Shown: positions 15,641-23,012 of the stretch, piece after piece | Position numbering within the stretch: the first letter of the stretch is position 1 | Layout: each line of letters begins with the position of its first letter | Source of the DNA: a virus | Taxonomy: Duplodnaviria; Heunggongvirae; Uroviricota; Caudoviricetes | IMG/VR virus record: IMGVR_UViG_2617270938_000001 | Reading direction: 5' to 3' (one strand) | DNA length: 23,613 bases | The notes under the pieces: generated by a model | The model's input: only the letters and a program-made list of their open reading frames with translations | Told to the model about the DNA's origin: nothing | The model's database searches: none | Translations under genes and position numbers: made by a program

Positions 15641-15700
15641 GCGTTGTTAGCTCAGCCGGACAGAGCAATTGCCTTCTAAGCAGCTGTGGTTGCACTCCTG
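15641..15700 (+). pseudogene. tRNA-Arg (anticodon TCT)-like 5' fragment lacking a recognisable T-arm and 3' acceptor
   Basis: GCGTTGT-TA-GCTC-AGCCGGACA-GAGC-A-ATTGC-CTTCTAA-GCAGC resembles tRNA-Arg(UCU) through the anticodon loop, but the downstream sequence has no GGTTCGAATCC-like T-arm. Confidence 0.4.
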
Positions 15701-15882
15701 TTGTTTCTGGTGGTGATGGTGGACTTCAGCAGCCGGATAATGTCGGTGCTGTCTGATGGTGTTTTGGTGGCGGGTGTGTGGTTGTTGCTTTCCCGTTGCT
15801 GAAAAAGAAAGCATCAGGCGATTAGCAGGGTATCAGTTACCCGTTGAAATTTTTAAATACCTCACAATTCCACAGCTTGATG

Positions 15883-16080
15883 ATTGTCTGGCTGCCGGAG
15901 AATTTGTTAAAAATAACATCGCATGGTGAATCCCCCTCAGCGGCGGGGCATCTGGCAAAGTGTATGATCCAGAGAACATGCAAATTCAGTAGACAGGCTG
16001 AATTTACCGGGAGGCCCCTGGCACCATGCGACAGACAGAAATTAGGCTATACTTCAGCCCCTCTCCGGAGGGGCTTTTCT
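15883..16080 (+). ncRNA. candidate noncoding RNA element A (about 198 nt), paralog of element B, ending in intrinsic terminator AGCCCCTC-TCCG-GAGGGGCT + TTTT
   Basis: Shares blocks with 16352-16545 (ATTGTCTGGC, TTTGTTAAAAA, CGCATGGTGAATCCCCCT, GAATTnACCGGGAGGCnCCnGGCACCATGC, identical terminator hairpin). The overlapping ORFs are on different strands in the two copies, arguing against a shared protein. Confidence 0.45.
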
Positions 16081-16268
16081 GTGCAGGATGTGTCACAGTT
16101 TCCTGAATTCTGAGTACTGTCCTGTTACTCAGGGTGCTATATTTTCTGACGTGATGAAAGTCTGCCGGAAGGCGGAACGTATCGGAAATGACCCAGTAGA
16201 GAAAACGTTGACTCAGATACCGATGCTGAGTTACCGGGAAACCGGCATCACATGACCGCTATCCTTCC

Positions 16269-16292
16269 AGGCTCGCTCCGGCGGGCCTTTTT
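16269..16292 (+). terminator. intrinsic terminator between the two repeat elements (GGCTCGC-TCCG-GCGGGCC + TTTTT)
   Basis: GC-rich stem with tetraloop followed by a T-run; about 30 bp upstream lie TAAAAT and CATAAT -10-like hexamers preceding element B. Confidence 0.5.
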
Positions 16293-16351
16293 ACTGCAGA
16301 AAACAGTTTTCCCGTAAAATGCCACGTTGCTCATAATTCAGGCTGGCGATT

Positions 16352-16545
16352 ATTGTCTGGCCGGCGGGAAGTTTGTTAAAAAATTTCGCATGGTGAATCC
16401 CCCTGTGCGGAGGGGTAATCAGCGAGTAGGTATATGGGATAATCGCGGATTCAGGTGCTGGTACTGAATTCACCGGGAGGCACCCGGCACCATGCAATGG
16501 CACATAGCGCCACTCTCCAGCCCCTCTCCGGAGGGGCTGTTTATA
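16352..16545 (+). ncRNA. candidate noncoding RNA element B (about 194 nt), paralog of element A, same terminator hairpin (16519-16538)
   Basis: See element A. The conserved 5' block, the GGTGAATCCCCCT block, the GGGAGGC block and the terminator are retained while the middle has diverged. Confidence 0.45.
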
Positions 16546-16573
16546 TTGATTTTGTCAGATGTGAGTAAACTCC

Positions 16574-16909
16574 TTATGGACTTTGTTGTTTTAGTCCATA
16601 AGGACATATTTGCAGAGTGCAACGGTTATTAAAGCATTCATTCAATACGTTATCTGTATTTGTAGGGCATTCCTGGCTGTTTTTGATTAAATTCCAGAAT
16701 GTTTTATTGAATGGTACTACGTTGTAAATGGTTACAGGTAGCACTTTGTTATTGAGCATGATACCTGTGTGAGTCAGTGTAAATATACTTTCAGGAGGTA
16801 AGAAAGCATCCGATTGATACCAGATTATTAATTTTACTTTACTCCATATGACTGAAAAAGATATTCCGCATGATGGCTGGATAACTGTATCAATCACAAT
16901 CCACTTCAT
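16574..16909 (-). CDS. IraM/YcgW-family protein (anti-adaptor-like), AT-rich moron on the opposite strand
   Basis: 111 aa, [22 protein letters not shown]...IIWYQS...FLPP...ECP...ICPYGLK, matching my recollection of E. coli IraM from memory (not searched). AAGGAAG SD 6 nt upstream. Local GC is much lower than the flanks; a perfect 11-bp inverted repeat (16584-16615) covers the last codons. Confidence 0.6.
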   Translation of the reverse strand: MKWIVIDTVIQPSCGISFSVIWSKVKLIIWYQSDAFLPPESIFTLTHTGIMLNNKVLPVTIYNVVPFNKTFWNLIKNSQECPTNTDNVLNECFNNRCTLQICPYGLKQQSP

Positions 16910-17169
16910 TTAGCTTCCTTGTTTATGCCTTGCTGGTGATGTTCTGAAAAGTATAAATGATATTTTTGAATATAAACCATAGAGCAGAATTATTTTTCTG
17001 ATGTTGTTTATTGTTTATTTAAATGCAGGGTGGTTTATATCTCGTCTTGTAGTTTATCCATGCATATCTGCTTGATGATCAGGTTTCTATTTAAGGTATG
17101 GTTTTGTGTTTTTTCTGTGTTACATGTCTGGTATTTTAAAGAATTATTTTTCAGATGGTGGAAAGAACC

Positions 17170-17358
17170 ATGGCATTTAAACACTATGATGTTGTCAGGG
17201 CGGCGGCGCCGTCAGATCTTGCGGAAAAGCTGACACATAAACTGAAAGAGGGCTGGCAGCCGTTTGGTAGTCCGGTGGCCATAACCCCTTATACCCTGAT
17301 GCAGGCGATTGCAGCAGAAGGTGATGTGGTGGTCAGTGGTGCAACTGAGCCGGAGTGA
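17170..17358 (+). CDS. small conserved hypothetical protein (62 aa) upstream of the holin (possibly DUF1737-like)
   Basis: MAFKHYDVVRAAAPSDLAEKLTHKLKEGWQPFGSPVAI...; position just before the lysis cassette. Family name is recalled, not verified. Confidence 0.45.
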   Translation: MAFKHYDVVRAAAPSDLAEKLTHKLKEGWQPFGSPVAITPYTLMQAIAAEGDVVVSGATEPE

Positions 17359-17600
17359 TACTACGTCATCGTACTGGCCCGGCATTCCAGGCCATAAAAG
17401 ACGGTCTGGCAGTGGGACTAAATGCACTGACGCTGACGGATATTACCAAAAATGCAACGTATGGCGTTGAGATAGAAAGTCTGGTGCTGGAGATAAATAC
17501 ACCGGCATCATCATAAAAAGTGAGCCAGTCAAATGGAAGGTATCGTTAAACTCACCGGTAGTGTCAGTGGAGCGTCTGAGACGCTTGCATGAGTTATCAG

Positions 17601-17633
17601 AGCCATCAGTAGTTAACTGGTGGCTTTTTTATT
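17601..17633 (+). terminator. intrinsic terminator-like hairpin just upstream of the holin (AGCCATCAG-tagttaa-CTGGTGGCT + TTTTTTATT)
   Basis: 9-bp stem with one G-T pair followed by a T-run; promoter-like TTGAGA ... GATAAAT about 100-130 bp upstream. Confidence 0.5.
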
Positions 17634-17665
17634 GTTGTCAGCTTCCGGATAACGGGAGACGGGGT

Positions 17666-17881
17666 ATGGACCAGATGGAAAAAATCACAACAGGTGTGTC
17701 ATACACCACGTCAGCGGTGGGAACGGGCTACTGGTTCCTGCAGTTGCTGGACAGGGTTTCCCCGTCTCAGTGGGCGGCAATAGGCGTGCTGGGGAGTCTG
17801 CTGTTTGGGCTGCTGACATATCTGACTAACCTGTATTTCAAAATCAGAGAGGACCGTCGTAAGGCGGCACGGGGAGAGTAA
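17666..17881 (+). CDS. class II holin, phage 21 S21-type pinholin (71 aa) with dual-start motif
   Basis: [71 protein letters not shown], close to S21 as I recall it; Met1 and Met4 give the dual start. The track ORF 17561..17881 includes upstream run-in. Confidence 0.85.
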   Translation: MDQMEKITTGVSYTTSAVGTGYWFLQLLDRVSPSQWAAIGVLGSLLFGLLTYLTNLYFKIREDRRKAARGE

Positions 17882-17885
17882 TTCA

Positions 17886-18236
17886 ATGACTCAAAACTAT
17901 GAACTGATTGTGAAAGGGATCCGCAATTTTGAGAATAAAGTTACGGTAACTTTAGCGTTACGGGACAAAAAACGCTTTGACGGTGAAATTTTTGACCTGG
18001 ACATCTCGCTGGACCGTGTTGAAGGTGCCGCGCTGGAGTTTTATGAGGCAGCAGCCAGAATGAGCATCAGACAGGTCTTCCTGGATGTTGCTGCCGGGTT
18101 ATGTGAAGGGGATGAGCAGTCGCCGGAAAAGCGCCCCGTAATTTTAGAGGCGCAGAATGTATGGATAACCTACAAAGGAAAGCTACCGGGAAGAATTACT
18201 GGTTCTCTGAAGACTCCTCCGGAATCACAACCTTAA
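17886..18236 (+). CDS. hypothetical protein (116 aa) embedded between holin and endolysin (YdfR-like position)
   Basis: GGGGAGAG SD; starts 5 nt after the holin stop. Some lambdoid prophages carry a gene at this position, but I cannot verify the family. Confidence 0.55.
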   Translation: MTQNYELIVKGIRNFENKVTVTLALRDKKRFDGEIFDLDISLDRVEGAALEFYEAAARMSIRQVFLDVAAGLCEGDEQSPEKRPVILEAQNVWITYKGKLPGRITGSLKTPPESQP

Positions 18237-18299
18237 GTCACTGACCGGAACAGATAAACCTGTCCGTGGGCAGAAACCGATAAATCCTGATAAATATCC

Positions 18300-18833
18300 A
18301 TGAACACCAAAATCAAATACGGCCTGTCGGCTGCCGTTCTGGCGCTGATTGCCGCTGGTGCGCCTGCGCCTGACATTCTCGACCAGTTTCTGGATGAAAA
18401 GGAAGGTAACCACACCACGGCATACCGTGATGGCGCGGGTATCTGGACCATCTGCCGCGGTGCCATCCTGGTGGATGGCAAACCTGTCGTTCCGGGCATG
18501 AAGTTGTCGAAGGAAAAATGCGACCGGGTTAACGCCATTGAGCGTGATAAGGCGCTGGCATGGGTGGAGAAAAACATCAAAGTGCCATTGAGCGAACCCC
18601 AGAAAGCGGGGATCGCGTCATTCTGTCCGTACAACATTGGTCCCGGTAAGTGTTTCCCGTCGACGTTTTATAAACGAATTAATGCAGGTGATCGCAGGGG
18701 AGCGTGTGAGGCGATTCGCTGGTGGATTAAGGACGGTGGCAGAGACTGCCGTATTCGTTCAAACAACTGCTACGGTCAGGTATCCCGTCGTGACCAGGAG
18801 AGCGCGCTGGCGTGCTGGGGTATCGACAGATAA
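18300..18833 (+). CDS. endolysin, lysozyme (T4-lysozyme / GH24-like) with N-terminal SAR (signal-anchor-release) domain
   Basis: 177 aa. Gly/Ala-rich weakly hydrophobic N-terminus (GLSAAVLALIAAGAPAP) followed by a lysozyme-like core (EGNHTTAYRDGAGIWTICRG ...), as in phage 21 R. Follows the pinholin. Confidence 0.85.
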   Translation: MNTKIKYGLSAAVLALIAAGAPAPDILDQFLDEKEGNHTTAYRDGAGIWTICRGAILVDGKPVVPGMKLSKEKCDRVNAIERDKALAWVEKNIKVPLSEPQKAGIASFCPYNIGPGKCFPSTFYKRINAGDRRGACEAIRWWIKDGGRDCRIRSNNCYGQVSRRDQESALACWGIDR

Positions 18834-18922
18834 GCAGAATATTTTGCTGAAAAATGCGGTTTGCTTACACGGACGGATAACACGAAATCCTGCGAACTGA
18901 CAAAAACTAAGTGAATAAAAGT

Positions 18923-18962
18923 AAAAACCCCGTTTGTTGGCTGCAAGCGGGGTTTTGTGTTT
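18923..18962 (+). terminator. intrinsic terminator-like hairpin inside the lysis cassette (AAAACCCCG ... CGGGGTTTT + GTGTTT)
   Basis: 9-bp stem with a 15-nt loop and U-rich 3' side, between the endolysin and the small TM ORF / Rz. Confidence 0.45.
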
Positions 18963-18992
18963 CCTGACTCTGGAAAAGTCAAAGGAGAAAGT

Positions 18993-19130
18993 GTGTTTGA
19001 TTTTAGCAAACTGATTCGGGAGATTCGAGTGATGGCTGAAAAATTATCCACCTGGAAGTTCATTCTTATCTGGCTGGTGTTTGTGATTATGGCCTCCGGT
19101 TATTTCATCGGTCAGATACGCTGGTGGTGA
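18993..19130 (+). CDS. small membrane protein (45 aa) immediately upstream of Rz; not in the ORF track
   Basis: GTG start with strong SD AAGGAG 5 nt upstream: (M)FDFSKLIREIRVMAEKLSTWKFILIWLVFVIMASGYFIGQIRWW. One TM segment; stop 1 nt before the Rz ATG. Confidence 0.4.
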   Translation: MFDFSKLIREIRVMAEKLSTWKFILIWLVFVIMASGYFIGQIRWW

Positions 19131-19131
19131 A

Positions 19132-19497
19132 ATGAACCGCGTACTGTGCGTGGTCATCATTGCCCTGCTGGTGGCCTGTGGTGCGCTTAGTCTGGGGCTG
19201 AATCATTACCGTGATAACGCCATAACCTACAAAGAGCAGCGCGATAAAAAAGTCAGTGAGCTGGAGCAGGCAAATGCAACCATTACTGATATGCAGCAGC
19301 GCCAGCGTGATGTTGCTGTACTTGATGCCAGATACTCGAGGGAATTAGCCGATGCGAGAGCTGAAAATGAAACTCTGCGCGCTGACGTTGCCGCTGGTCG
19401 TAAGCGCCTGCGGATCAACGCCACCTGCCCCGGTACCCGAACACGGCACTGGTCGGCGTGCAGGTGGACTCGGAACAGTTCGGCAGCCAGCAGGTGA
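19132..19497 (+). CDS. i-spanin Rz, N-terminal ~90 aa only; C-terminus replaced by out-of-frame J sequence (likely pseudogene); no Rz1 found
   Basis: [93 protein letters not shown] closely parallels lambda Rz; similarity is lost at about 19400-19420 where the J frame opens. Confidence 0.7.
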   Translation: MNRVLCVVIIALLVACGALSLGLNHYRDNAITYKEQRDKKVSELEQANATITDMQQRQRDVAVLDARYSRELADARAENETLRADVAAGRKRLRINATCPGTRTRHWSACRWTRNSSAASR

Positions 19498-22280
19498 GCC
19501 GTAATTATCATCTTCGCGGGCGCATTCTGCAGGTGCCGTCGAACTATAACCCGCAGACGCGGCAATACAGCGGTATCTGGGACGGAACGTTTAAGCCAGC
19601 ATACAGCAACAACATGGCCTGGTGTCTGTGGGATATGCTGACCCATCCGCGCTACGGCATGGGGAAGCGTCTCGGTGCGGCGGATGTGGACAAATGGGCG
19701 CTGTATGTCATCGGCCAGAATTGCGACCAGTCGGTGCCGGATGGCTTTGGTGGCACGGAGCCGCGCATCACCTGTAATGCCTACCTGACCACACAGCGCA
19801 AGGCGTGGGATGTTCTCAGTGATTTCTGCTCGGCGATGCGCTGTATGCCGGTATGGAACGGGCAGACGCTGACGTTCGTGCAGGACCGACCGTCGGATAA
19901 GGTGTGGACCTATAACCGCAGTAATGTGGTGATGCCGGATGATGGCGCGCCGTTCCGCTACAGCTTCAGTGCCCTGAAGGACCGTCATAATGCCGTTGAG
20001 GTGAACTGGATTGACCCGGATAACGGCTGGGAGACGGCGACAGAGCTTGTTGAAGATACGCAGGCCATTGCCCGTTACGGTCGTAACGTCACGAAGATAG
20101 ATGCCTTTGGCTGTACCAGCCGGGGGCAGGCACATCGCGCCGGGCTGTGGCTGATTAAAACAGAACTGCTGGAAACGCAGACCGTGGACTTCAGCGTGGG
20201 TGCTGAAGGGCTTCGCCATGTGCCGGGCGATGTCATTGAAATCTGTGATGATGACTATGCCGGTATCAGCACCGGTGGTCGCGTGCTGGCGGTGAACAGC
20301 CAGACCCGGACGCTGACGCTCGACCGTGAAATCACGCTGCCATCCTCCGGTACCACGCTGATAAGCCTGGTTGACGGTCAGGGTAATCCGGTCAGCGTGG
20401 AGGTCCAGTCCGTCACCGACGGCGTGAAGGTGAAAGTGAGCCGTGTTCCTGACGGCGTTGCCGGATACAGCGTGTGGGGGCTGAAGCTGCCGACGCTGCG
20501 CCAGCGCCTGTTCCGCTGCGTGAGTATCCGTGAGAACGACGACGGCACGTATGCCATCACCGCCGTGCAGCATGTACCGGAAAAAGAAGCCATCGTGGAT
20601 AACGGGGCGCACTTTGACGGCGACCAGAGCGGCACGGTGAATGGTGTCACGCCGCCAGCGGTGCAGCATCTGACCGCAGAAGTCACCGCAGACAGCGGGG
20701 AATACCAGGTGCTGGCCCGCTGGGACACGCCGAAGGTGGTGAAGGGCGTGAGCTTCCTGCTTCGCCTGACCGTGGCAGCGGATGACGGCAGTGAGCGGCT
20801 GGTCAGCACGGCCCGGACGACGGAAACCACTTACCGCTTCACACAACTGGCTCTGGGGAACTACAGGCTGACAGTCCGGGCAGTAAATGCGTGGGGGCAG
20901 CAGGGCGATCCGGCGTCGGTATCGTTCCGGATTGCCGCACCGGCAGCGCCGTCGCGGATTGAGCTGACGCCGGGCTATTTTCAGATAACCGCCACGCCGC
21001 ATCTTGCGGTTTATGATCCGACGGTACAGTTTGAGTTCTGGTTCTCGGAAAAGCGGATTGCGGATATCAGGCAGGTTGAAACCACAGCACGCTATCTTGG
21101 GACGGCGCTGTACTGGATAGCCGCCAGTATCAATATCAGGCCGGGTCATAATTATTATTTTTACGTTCGCAGTGTGAACACCGTTGGCAAATCGGCATTC
21201 GTGGAGGCTGTTGGTCAGCCGAGTGATGACGCATCCGGCTATCTGGATTTTTTCAAAGGCGAGATAGGGAAAACCCATCTGGCTCAGGAGCTGTGGACGC
21301 AGATTGATAACGGTCAGCTTGCGCCTGACCTGGCTGAAATCAGAACATCCATTACGGATGTCAGCAATGAAATCACACAGACCGTCAATAAGAAACTGGA
21401 AGACCAGAGTGCGGCAATTCAGCAGATACAGAAGGTTCAGGTTGATACAAATAATAACCTGAACAGCATGTGGGCTGTGAAGCTGCAGCAGATGCAGGAC
21501 GGACGCCTTTATATCGCGGGTATTGGTGCCGGTATTGAGAACACCCCTGACGGCATGCAGAGTCAGGTGCTGCTGGCGGCAGACAGGATTGCGATGATTA
21601 ATCCTGCGAATGGCAACACAAAGCCGATGTTTGTTGGGCAGGGCGATCAGATATTCATGAACGACGTGTTCCTGAAACGCCTGACGGCTCCCACCATTAC
21701 CAGCGGCGGTAATCCTCCGGTATTTTCCCTGACACCGGACGGGCGGCTGACGGCGAAAAATGCCGATATCAGCGGTAACGTGAATGCGAACTCCGGGACG
21801 CTCAACAACGTCACGATTAACGAGAACTGTCGGGTTCTGGGAAAACTGTCTGCGAACCAGATTGAAGGCGATCTCGTTAAAACAGTGGGCAAAGCTTTCC
21901 CCCGGGACTCCCGTGCACCGGAGCGGTGGCCATCAGGGACCATTACCGTCAGGGTTTATGACGATCAGCCGTTTGACCGGCAGATTGTTATTCCCGCGGT
22001 GGCGTTTCGTGGCGCTAAACATGAGCGGGAGAATAACGATATTTATTCGTCATGCCGCCTGATGGTGAAGAAAAACGGTGCTGAAATTTATAACCGTACC
22101 GCGCTGGATAATACGCTGGTTTATACAGGTGTTATTGATATGCCTGCTGGTCGCGGTCACATGACGCTGGAGTTTTCGGTATCAGCGTGGCTGGTAAATG
22201 ACTGGTATCCCACAGCCAGTATCAGTGATTTGCTGGTTGTGGTGATGAAGAAATCCACAGCAGGTATCACGATTAGCTGA
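19404..22280 (+). CDS. J: tail-tip host specificity protein J, 5'-truncated (C-terminal ~940-960 codons; no upstream J sequence, start codon or promoter of its own)
   Basis: Long high-GC ORF with the size, position (immediately before lom and stf) and motifs expected of lambda J's C-terminal two-thirds. The frame is open from 19404; the track ORF begins at GTG 19458. Head and tail-shaft genes are absent upstream. Confidence 0.8.
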   Translation, partial: APADQRHLPRYPNTALVGVQVDSEQFGSQQVSRNYHLRGRILQVPSNYNPQTRQYSGIWDGTFKPAYSNNMAWCLWDMLTHPRYGMGKRLGAADVDKWALYVIGQNCDQSVPDGFGGTEPRITCNAYLTTQRKAWDVLSDFCSAMRCMPVWNGQTLTFVQDRPSDKVWTYNRSNVVMPDDGAPFRYSFSALKDRHNAVEVNWIDPDNGWETATELVEDTQAIARYGRNVTKIDAFGCTSRGQAHRAGLWLIKTELLETQTVDFSVGAEGLRHVPGDVIEICDDDYAGISTGGRVLAVNSQTRTLTLDREITLPSSGTTLISLVDGQGNPVSVEVQSVTDGVKVKVSRVPDGVAGYSVWGLKLPTLRQRLFRCVSIRENDDGTYAITAVQHVPEKEAIVDNGAHFDGDQSGTVNGVTPPAVQHLTAEVTADSGEYQVLARWDTPKVVKGVSFLLRLTVAADDGSERLVSTARTTETTYRFTQLALGNYRLTVRAVNAWGQQGDPASVSFRIAAPAAPSRIELTPGYFQITATPHLAVYDPTVQFEFWFSEKRIADIRQVETTARYLGTALYWIAASINIRPGHNYYFYVRSVNTVGKSAFVEAVGQPSDDASGYLDFFKGEIGKTHLAQELWTQIDNGQLAPDLAEIRTSITDVSNEITQTVNKKLEDQSAAIQQIQKVQVDTNNNLNSMWAVKLQQMQDGRLYIAGIGAGIENTPDGMQSQVLLAADRIAMINPANGNTKPMFVGQGDQIFMNDVFLKRLTAPTITSGGNPPVFSLTPDGRLTAKNADISGNVNANSGTLNNVTINENCRVLGKLSANQIEGDLVKTVGKAFPRDSRAPERWPSGTITVRVYDDQPFDRQIVIPAVAFRGAKHERENNDIYSSCRLMVKKNGAEIYNRTALDNTLVYTGVIDMPAGRGHMTLEFSVSAWLVNDWYPTASISDLLVVVMKKSTAGITIS

Positions 22281-22297
22281 ATTTTCATAACCCATAT

Positions 22298-22326
22298 GCG
22301 GGCGCCATTTCTGGCGCCTTTTTTAT
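22298..22326 (+). terminator. intrinsic terminator after J (GGCGCC-ATTTCT-GGCGCC + TTTTTTATT)
   Basis: Perfect 6-bp GC stem plus T-run directly after the J stop. Confidence 0.7.
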
Positions 22327-22348
22327 TGCAGAAAAGCGAGAGGTAATT

Positions 22349-22948
22349 ATGCGTAAAGTTTGTGCAGCCATTTTGTCCGCAGCCATCTGTCTGGCCGTAT
22401 CCGGTGCGCCTGCATGGGCGTCTGAGCAGCAGGCCACACTGAGCGCAGGGTATCTTCATGCCCGTACGAACGCTCCCGGCAGCGATAATCTGAACGGGAT
22501 TAACGTGAAATACCGTTATGAGTTTACGGACACGCTGGGGCTGATTACGTCATTCAGTTATGCCAACGCTGAAGATGAGCAAAAAACGCATTACAGCGAT
22601 ACCCGCTGGCATGAGGATTCCGTGCGTAACCGCTGGTTCAGCGTGATGGTGGGGCCGTCTGTGCGCGTGAATGAATGGTTCAGCGCGTATGCGATGGCGG
22701 GTGTGGCTTACAGCCGTGTGTCGACTTTCTCCGGGGATTATCTCCGCGTAACTGACAACAAGGGGAAAACGCACGACGTGCTGACCGGAAGTGATGACGG
22801 TCGCCACAGCAACATGTCTCTGGCGTGGGGGGCTGGCGTGCAGTTTAACCCGACCGAATCCGTGGCCATTGATGTCGCTTATGAAGGCTCCGGCAGTGGC
22901 GACTGGCGCACTGACGGTTTCATCGTGGGTGTCGGTTATAAGTTCTGA
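22349..22948 (+). CDS. lom: Lom outer-membrane protein (Ail/Lom/PagC family)
   Basis: 199 aa; signal peptide, GINVKYRYE motif and C-terminus AYEGSGSGDWRTDGFIVGVGYKF, the same C-terminus as lambda Lom as I recall it. Confidence 0.9.
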   Translation: MRKVCAAILSAAICLAVSGAPAWASEQQATLSAGYLHARTNAPGSDNLNGINVKYRYEFTDTLGLITSFSYANAEDEQKTHYSDTRWHEDSVRNRWFSVMVGPSVRVNEWFSAYAMAGVAYSRVSTFSGDYLRVTDNKGKTHDVLTGSDDGRHSNMSLAWGAGVQFNPTESVAIDVAYEGSGSGDWRTDGFIVGVGYKF

Positions 22949-22974
22949 TTAGCCAGGTAACACAGTGTTATGAC

Positions 22975-23002
22975 AGCCCGCCGGTTCAGGCGGGCTTTTT
23001 TG
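22975..23002 (+). terminator. intrinsic terminator after lom (AGCCCGCC-GGTTCA-GGCGGGCT + TTTTTT)
   Basis: Perfect 8-bp stem plus T-run. Confidence 0.75.
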
Positions 23003-23012
23003 TGGGGTGAAT

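Noticed and set aside
15700-15810. G+T-rich tract after the tRNA-like elements
   Set aside because: Noted as compositionally odd (C-poor on the plus strand) but no repeat unit, hairpin or ORF could be defined; it may be the degenerate remainder of the third tRNA-like element and its spacer.
15844-16113. 89-aa plus-strand ORF over repeat element A, and the 70-aa minus-strand ORF 16291..16503 over element B
   Set aside because: The two paralogous elements are covered by ORFs on opposite strands with no shared frame, so neither is likely coding. Conservation is in discrete blocks plus a terminator, fitting RNA or regulatory DNA better.
19227-21278. 683-aa ORF on the minus strand
   Set aside because: Lies entirely antisense to the high-GC J coding sequence, has an Arg/Pro/His-rich biased composition typical of antisense frames in GC-rich genes, and no SD. 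Judged an artefact.
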